A DNA stretch of 64,000 nt from an uncultured Candidatus Rokubacteria bacterium (lineage in GTDB: Bacteria; Methylomirabilota; Methylomirabilia; Rokubacteriales; CSP1-6). Both the position numbers and the translations under genes were made by a program. The stretch covers positions 2,055-66,054 of the forward strand of contig CAWIZN010000044.1 in assembly GCA_963840495.1 (NCBI GenBank). The letters are read 5' to 3'. Positions 58,450-64,000 of the stretch are shown piece by piece (the stretch's first letter is position 1; each line of letters starts with the position of its first letter). The notes under the pieces are model-generated. The model searched no databases and had not been told where the DNA came from. It saw only the letters and a list, made by a program, of their open reading frames with translations.

Positions 58450-60717
58450 ATGAGAGTGCCGCCGTCAGCGTCTCGAATCGCGGTCGCGCTGCTGTTCAGC
58501 GCCGGGGTATTGCTCGTGCTGAGCGGACCGGCTCGGGCCCAGCTCGCCGGGGGACCGCAGCCAATGTTCCAGCACGACCTGCGCCACAGCGGTCAGAGCC
58601 AGTACCTTGGCCCACTGTTCCCATTGGGCGCCCCGGCCGCGGAGAACGTGAAGGTCTGGCACGGCTCCGACCGGATCCGCGTCTCCCCGGTCCTCAGCAA
58701 GGATGGGAAGACCGTCTACACCTCGATGGGGTTCTATCTGTGCGCGATCGATACCGCGACCATGGCCACGAACTGGTGCCACAGGCTCCTGTACCAGAAT
58801 CGGCTGGCCACTCCGTCCGACGCGTCCCCGGCCATCGCCAAGGACGGCACCCTGTATTTCGGCGACCGGGAGAACAACCTCAGCGCGTTCAGGCCGAGGC
58901 CGAACGACGACCCGGACTTCCCCGGCGTTGATGTCAAGTGGATCTACAACCGCGGGTTCGAGGGCGACATCTGGACCGCGCCGGCCATCACGACGTGCAT
59001 CGGGACGGGCTGTACTCCAAGCACCCCCCCTACCCAAAAGAAAAACGTCATCTATTTCGCCCACGATCAGAGCCTGGACGGGATCGGTGTCGTCACCGCC
59101 CTCATCGACAACGGGCCCGACGTGCCGCCGACGGTCAAGTGGAAGTACACCATCGGAACCTTCGTCAGAACCTCCTCTCCGGCCGTCGACAAGAACGGGA
59201 TCATCTACATCGGGGATCTCGCAGGATATGTCCACGCCTTCAAGGACCTCGGCGGTCACAACGTCACCCGGCTCTGGAAGAAGAAGTTCGGCGACGCCCC
59301 CGGCATTACCGCGTCTCCCGTCATCTCCGCTGATTCGACGACGCTGTACATCGGCTCCACCACGGGCCTCACCGCGGTGGACCTCACGAAGCCAGCGGCC
59401 TGCCTCAACGATCCCAGCTGCGATTCTGTCCGGTGGACGTTCACCACACTGGGCCGAGTGGACCGGACCCCTGCGCTCGGCAGCGACGGGACGCTGTTCG
59501 TGCCCGCCTACGCCATCGGCAGCCTGGGCAAGACGGTGTATGCCCTCGACGCCAATAACAATGGCGCGTTCAAGTGGAAATTCGGTCCGATGCAAACCGC
59601 GGTGGAGTCCAGCGCTTACATCACCGTTGGTGCCGACGGCGTCGCCTACGTGGGCATGAACTACAGCGTCTACGCCCTCGGGCTCAACGGCACCGTGCTC
59701 TGGAGCTACAAGACGGCCAATTTCATCGAGTCCGCTCCGGCCATTGGCACGTTTACGGATGATATTTCCGGCGGCGGGGGGACGGCAGTCTTGTACCTGG
59801 CCTCCCGGGATTGGAACGTCTACAAGATCTCGAGTCACCGGGGCCCCGTCGGGACGAACCAGCCGCCGATTGCCAACGCCGGCGCCGATCAAACCGGGGC
59901 GGTCGGGGCGCCCGTCACGTTCAACGGTTTAGGCAGCAGCGACCCAGATCTCGACCCCCTTACGTTCGAATGGGCCTTCGGGGACGGAGGGCTCGGCACC
60001 GGACCCAGCCCCAGCCACACGTATTCCGACCCGAGCCCAGTCGGCGGTTACACGGCGACCCTGACCGTCAGCGACGGGCAGGCGACCCGCACCGACACGG
60101 TCAAGGTCACGGTACTCGGGACCCCCGTCAGCACCAGCACGTTCTTCGACAACTTCAAACGCTTCGACAGCGAGATCCTTGGCGGTCCGGGTGCGGGGGG
60201 GAGCGGGCCGCAGTGGGAGGAAGGCCCGCCGGCCAGCAATATGGCCATCAGCGGAAACAAGCTCATTAATGTCGCCCGAGGCGCCAACATCGCCATCTTG
60301 CCGGCGCTGAGCAGCGCGGATCAGACCGCCGAGGCTGACTTCACCTCCGCAAGCGCCAGCGCCAGTCCCCAGCTCGGGGTCCTGCTGCGTTACGTGGATT
60401 TCAAGAACCACTATCGAATCTATCGGAGCGCGGGCGGGACGACGGCGCTGCGCATTTCCAAGCTCGAGAACGGGATAGAGAAGGTACTCAAGCAGGTGCC
60501 GATCGCGCAGCCCGTCGCGACCTTCCATCTCAAGGGGAGCGCGATCGGCAACACGCTGACGCTGGCCCTCAACGGAGTGGACATGTTCAGCGTCGTTGAC
60601 ACGACCTTCACGAGCGGAGTGCCCGGCGTTCTCCTGCACACGGGCCCTGCCGCGTCGCATTCCGCGGACAACTTCTGTGCGCGCCTCGGTGGCGGTGGCG
60701 GCACCACCTGCCCGTAG
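58450..60717 (+). CDS. Secreted PQQ-like beta-propeller repeat protein with PKD domain and C-terminal LamG/jelly-roll-like module
   Basis: AAGGAGG RBS. Signal peptide MRVPPSASRIAVALLFSAGVLLVLSGPARA, followed by repeated propeller blades (GTLYFGD, GIIYIGD, TLYIGS, GVAYVG). The PKD domain is PIANAGADQTGAVGAPVTFNGLGSSDPDLDPLTFEWAFGDG. The intact 755-aa ORF has no frame break. Confidence 0.8.
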   Translation: MRVPPSASRIAVALLFSAGVLLVLSGPARAQLAGGPQPMFQHDLRHSGQSQYLGPLFPLGAPAAENVKVWHGSDRIRVSPVLSKDGKTVYTSMGFYLCAIDTATMATNWCHRLLYQNRLATPSDASPAIAKDGTLYFGDRENNLSAFRPRPNDDPDFPGVDVKWIYNRGFEGDIWTAPAITTCIGTGCTPSTPPTQKKNVIYFAHDQSLDGIGVVTALIDNGPDVPPTVKWKYTIGTFVRTSSPAVDKNGIIYIGDLAGYVHAFKDLGGHNVTRLWKKKFGDAPGITASPVISADSTTLYIGSTTGLTAVDLTKPAACLNDPSCDSVRWTFTTLGRVDRTPALGSDGTLFVPAYAIGSLGKTVYALDANNNGAFKWKFGPMQTAVESSAYITVGADGVAYVGMNYSVYALGLNGTVLWSYKTANFIESAPAIGTFTDDISGGGGTAVLYLASRDWNVYKISSHRGPVGTNQPPIANAGADQTGAVGAPVTFNGLGSSDPDLDPLTFEWAFGDGGLGTGPSPSHTYSDPSPVGGYTATLTVSDGQATRTDTVKVTVLGTPVSTSTFFDNFKRFDSEILGGPGAGGSGPQWEEGPPASNMAISGNKLINVARGANIAILPALSSADQTAEADFTSASASASPQLGVLLRYVDFKNHYRIYRSAGGTTALRISKLENGIEKVLKQVPIAQPVATFHLKGSAIGNTLTLALNGVDMFSVVDTTFTSGVPGVLLHTGPAASHSADNFCARLGGGGGTTCP

Positions 60718-60753
60718 CTGACCGCCCCTGATCTACCCCTGTCTCGTTCCCGT

Positions 60754-60788
60754 GGCGCGCATCCGGCGCAAGCGTCCGGATGCGCGCC
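60754..60788 (+). terminator. Terminator-like hairpin after the propeller gene
   Basis: Perfect 13-bp stem GGCGCGCATCCGG / CCGGATGCGCGCC with a 9-nt loop, 37 nt after the stop. There is no clear T-tract. Confidence 0.5.
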
Positions 60789-60942
60789 CGCAACTCCAGC
60801 ATCATGGGGAACGTAGCTTGAGAACGACGAGGCCCTGCTTCGACCGGGCTCATGCGGGACAAACGTTGGGCCGTATGGGATACTGTGCGAGCACGAACAA
60901 GCTGGCGGGTCGGCACGCGAACCCGAGAAGAGGATAAATGCC

Positions 60943-61993
60943 ATGAGAGGTGCGAGGCGGATCATCGGGTTGGCGCTGGCGGCCTTGGCGCTGGGCATCG
61001 GGGCGGGAACGGCCGTGGCGCAAAAAGATCCGGCCAAGAGTCCGGCGCCGGCGGCGCGGGTGGGCGACGAGGTCATCACGCTCGAGGAAGTGGAGCAGGG
61101 CGGTCAAGCCCCAGCTCGCCAAGCTCGAGGAGCAGCGCTACGAGATCCTCGATCAGCGGCTCGACCAGCTCATCGGCGAGCGGCTCCTGGCGCAGGAGGC
61201 CAAGCGGCGCAATGTCTCGGTGGAGCAGCTCCTCAAGACCGAGGTGTTCGCCAAGGCGCCCGATGTCCCGGACAGCGAGGTGACGGCGTTCATCAATCAG
61301 AACCGGGGCCGCCTGCCCAAGATGGACGACAAGGAGCTCCGGCTCAAGGTGTGGGACCACCTGCGGTCGCAGAAGGTGAACGAGCAGCGGCAGAGCTACG
61401 TGCAGGGCCTGCGGGGCCAGAGCAAGGTCACCGTCCTGCTCCAGGAGCCGACCTCGGCCCGGTACGACGTGAGCGGGGACCGGGGATTCTCGCGGGGGCC
61501 GAAGGACGCGCCCGTCACCATCGTGGAGTTCTCCGACTTCCAGTGCCCGTTCTGCAAGACGGCGAACGCCACCGTCAAGCAGGTGCTCGACAAGTATCCC
61601 GGCAAGGTGCGCCTGGTCTTTCGCGACTATCCGCTCGCCAGCATCCACCCGCAGGCGCCGAAGGCGCATGAGGCGGCCCGCTGCGCCGGCGACCAGGCGA
61701 AGTTCTGGGAGTACCACGACGTGCTCTTCGAGCGCTCGCCCAAGATGTCGCCTCAGGACTTGAAGCAGTACGCCCAGGATCTCAAGCTGGACGCCGCCGC
61801 CTTCGACCAATGCCTCGACAGCGGAAAGTATGCGGCCGAGGTGGACAAGGACTTCCAGGAGGGCGTGGGCCTGGGCCTGACGGGCACGCCGAGCTTCTTC
61901 ATCAATGGCAAGCAGATCGTGGGCGCGCAGCCGCTCGCCGCGTTCCAGAAGATCGTCGACGGAGAGCTCGCGAAGGTAGCCGCCAAGAAGTAG
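60943..61993 (+). CDS. DsbA-family thiol:disulfide oxidoreductase with N-terminal SurA-N-like helical region, one frameshift near 61095
   Basis: GAGGA RBS. The signal peptide MRGARRIIGLALAALALGIGAGTAVA is in ORF 60943... The remainder is ORF 60950..61993, with the thioredoxin motif FSDFQCPFC and ..GTPSFFINGK. Confidence 0.8.
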
Positions 61994-62012
61994 CCGGCCT
62001 GCCAGCTCATCT

Positions 62013-62031
62013 GGAGGGGCGCTGCCCCTCC
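62013..62031 (+). terminator. Short GC hairpin after the dsbA-like gene
   Basis: GGAGGGGC-GCT-GCCCCTCC, 20 nt after the stop codon. Confidence 0.4.
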
Positions 62032-62047
62032 GGACTGCGGAGACCCG

Positions 62048-62170
62048 GCTAGAGCGATGAGAAGGGTCCAGCTGCGAGGCGGCGCCCGAAGGCAGCCGCG
62101 AGGCGTACTTCTGTACGTTGAGCCGGCTGTCGAGGGCGCCAACGAAGCAGATGGCCTTTCTCGCTCTAGC
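62048..62170. repeat. Inverted-repeat-bounded intergenic element related to repeat family B
   Basis: The 10-bp perfect termini are GCTAGAGCGA (62048-62057) and TCGCTCTAGC (62161-62170). The interior GCGAGGCGGCGCCCGAAGGCAGCCGCGAGGCGTAC.. resembles 9770-9815. Confidence 0.5.
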
Positions 62171-62813
62171 GGAACAGGTGGGAGATGCCGAGGGCGATGA
62201 CGAGATGCCCGAGGTACTCGTGCAGCACCGACTCCGCCGCCCGCCGGTTCCGCCACCAGTTCTCGAAGGGGAAGGGCTCCCGCGCCGGCACCACGATCGC
62301 CTCCGGTCCTCCGGGCGCCTGTCTCGACCAGACGATCTTGACCCGCCGCGTATGCTCGGGTGAGCTGACGAGGATCAACCGCCGATAGCCGCGGGCCTGG
62401 GCGGCATCGCGGACGAGCGCCAGCTCGGGCTCGGTGGTCCGGGAGATGTCCGGTATCGCGATGATCTGGTCGGGCGGGACGCCGTAGGTCTCCAGCGCCT
62501 TCCGCGACTCCCCTTGCAGGTCGAACCGGCGAATTCCCAGATCGATCAGCTCGCGGAGGTCGGGGCGCTCGAGCGGCCGCGAGATGATGATGCGGGGCGC
62601 CCAGCCCTCCTTCCACAGCGCGGCCGCGGTGGCCTCCCGGCGGGGTGTGCCGCCCGCGAGGACCACGATGGCATCGGCGCGCTCGAGCCGATCCTCGACC
62701 CGAAGCCAGGTGCCCATCGCGCGCAGAAGCGGTGCGTGCCACACCCCGAGGGCGAGGGCCAGCGCGGCCACCGCGATGGCGAGACCGGGCAGGAGCCGCC
62801 TCATCCGCCGCAA
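62166..62813 (-). CDS. YdcF/ElyC-family (DUF218) protein
   Basis: 215 aa with an N-terminal TM, then ADAIVVLAGGTPRRE..LILVSSPEHTRR, typical of DUF218. Confidence 0.7.
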   Translation of the reverse strand: MRRMRRLLPGLAIAVAALALALGVWHAPLLRAMGTWLRVEDRLERADAIVVLAGGTPRREATAAALWKEGWAPRIIISRPLERPDLRELIDLGIRRFDLQGESRKALETYGVPPDQIIAIPDISRTTEPELALVRDAAQARGYRRLILVSSPEHTRRVKIVWSRQAPGGPEAIVVPAREPFPFENWWRNRRAAESVLHEYLGHLVIALGISHLFR

Positions 62814-62867
62814 AAGCTTGGCCCTCCCTCGAAGCGACGATACGATGACGGCGAGGAGGTATCACCC

Positions 62868-63278
62868 ATGCGGCGTTATGTCTTGCTGTCCGTCATCGCC
62901 TTGAGCCTCGCGGCCTGCGCGTCGTCTCCGCCGAAGCAGGCGCGCAGTGAGTTCGAGGACATCCCGGTTCCCACGGGGTTGACGCTCGATTGGAACAAGT
63001 CGACGGTGATCGAATCGCCCTCGCTGAAAGCCGCCCGCCTCGTCTACAAAGGGCGGGTCGAGCCGGACAGCCTCGGGGTCGTGTACCGGACCACGCTCGA
63101 GGCCAATGGCTGGCACCACCTGACCTCGACGACCAGCTCAGAGAAGGGTACCACGCAGGTCTACGAGAAATCGGGCAACTCGCTGCAGGTGCTGATCTAC
63201 GAGGGCATCTACTACACCTGGGTCGAGGTATCGGCCACGCGCCTCGTCACTCCCGCGACGACGTCCCAGGTCCGCTGA
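62868..63278 (+). CDS. Hypothetical lipoprotein
   Basis: GAGGAGG RBS. MRRYVLLSVIALSLAACASS carries the lipobox. Lies inside track ORF 62514..63278. Confidence 0.6.
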   Translation: MRRYVLLSVIALSLAACASSPPKQARSEFEDIPVPTGLTLDWNKSTVIESPSLKAARLVYKGRVEPDSLGVVYRTTLEANGWHHLTSTTSSEKGTTQVYEKSGNSLQVLIYEGIYYTWVEVSATRLVTPATTSQVR

Positions 63279-63351
63279 CCCGCGCGCTCGTCGGCTCGCC
63301 GAGGGCAGTCCGCCGCCGGCCGGTCATCCCGCCCGGCGACGGCCTCGCGCC

Positions 63352-63690
63352 TCATCGATGGAAGTTTCCGTGGTCGCGATGCCGCTCTTCATGGGTGAGG
63401 CAGTCGGCATCGCCCTCGGAGCAGACGATGATGTGGCGCACGGTGTGGCACCCCATCACCCGACCGATGCGCATCGTGCGGGTGTCGGCGGAGGCCAGCC
63501 GGCCCTCCGCAAGGGCGACATCCCCGCCGAGCGTCGCACAGAAGTTCCGGCTCACGTTGGTGTTCCGTGCGAGGACGTACAGCGTGTCGCCCGACGGGGA
63601 CAGCTTGAGATCGTGGACGCTGAAGGCGGCCGCGCCACACCCTGACAGCGCAAGCGCCAGCAGGGCCGTGACCATAGATCGGAAGAGCAT
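63352..63690 (-). CDS. Hypothetical Cys-containing lipoprotein
   Basis: MLFRSMVTALLALALSGCGAA carries the lipobox. 112 aa with five further Cys residues. Confidence 0.5.
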   Translation of the reverse strand: MLFRSMVTALLALALSGCGAAAFSVHDLKLSPSGDTLYVLARNTNVSRNFCATLGGDVALAEGRLASADTRTMRIGRVMGCHTVRHIIVCSEGDADCLTHEERHRDHGNFHR

Positions 63691-64000
63691 GTCGAGGTCC
63701 CCTTTCGCGGAGACCCGATGCCTTCACCCGTCGCTATTCGCCGGAGGAGTCTCTGCTGCCACCCGACGTGAGTGCAACCTCGCTGCCACCGCCACGGCTC
63801 GCGCGGGTTTCGCAGGACGGCAGAGAAATCAAGTATGGTGTACCGTGCAGCGGCCGCGGCGGTCGAGCTGGCAGCCGTCTCTGTCACGAGGGCTGCCAAA
63901 AATTGGCAGGGACGGTTGATTCGAGGCGGGCGAGCAGGCGCGCAGGGCAAAGGCGAGGAAAGGCGACAATGGCGAGTGATGAGAGCGGTGGACGGCGCCC

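Noticed and set aside
9974-61993. Programmed ribosomal frameshifting or intein/intron explanations for the frame breaks
   Set aside because: No slippery heptamers or conserved downstream structures occur at the sites. The breaks occur in unrelated gene families, and the paralogous copies break at different positions.

Overview
Visibly GC-rich (third codon positions almost all G/C) chromosomal segment of a diderm bacterium. I recognised no rRNA, tRNA, CRISPR array, transposase or phage genes.

Layout:
- 1-11.5 kb: housekeeping genes. These are a minus-strand livG-F-H-M plus binding-protein operon, ettA, an SDR, RNase D, an internally duplicated membrane protein and an FGGY sugar kinase.
- 11.5-28.4 kb: one densely packed plus-strand lipid biosynthesis/modification supercluster. 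It holds two catalytic ketosynthases, each followed by a non-catalytic KS-like partner, and one ACP. It also holds a KS(Cys->Gln)-GT2 in-frame fusion, a MacB/FtsX-type ABC exporter, an ArnT-like GT39, an HpnJ-like B12 radical-SAM enzyme, FabG, an LpxL-family acyltransferase and two methyltransferases.
- 28.4-30.5 kb: serA plus a cupin.
- 30.7-44.4 kb: a complete minus-strand type II secretion operon (gspE-F-G-H-I-J-K-L-M, a GspC/PilP-like gene, gspD), bracketed by three paralogous atypical NarL/LuxR-type receiver proteins.
- 44.4-60.7 kb: an island of large secreted proteins. It contains a ~3 kb tandem duplication of a beta-helix/SdrD-B/PbH1 protein gene plus an orphan 3' remnant, an HEXXH metallopeptidase and a PQQ-propeller-PKD protein, with three sugar-modifying genes.
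- 60.9-63.7 kb: envelope genes (DsbA-like, YdcF/DUF218, two lipoproteins).

Cross-cutting observations:
- There are about 25 or more reading-frame breaks inside otherwise well-conserved genes. Comparison of the two beta-helix paralogues suggests most are indel errors rather than decay.
- There are two families of GC-rich intergenic repeats and a ~230 bp imperfect palindrome.

The most interesting candidates are the lipid supercluster, the tandem beta-helix genes with a conserved 5' part and divergent 3' part, and the T2SS with its adjacent cargo and atypical regulators. All functional calls rest on motif recognition by eye. No database search or computation was run.
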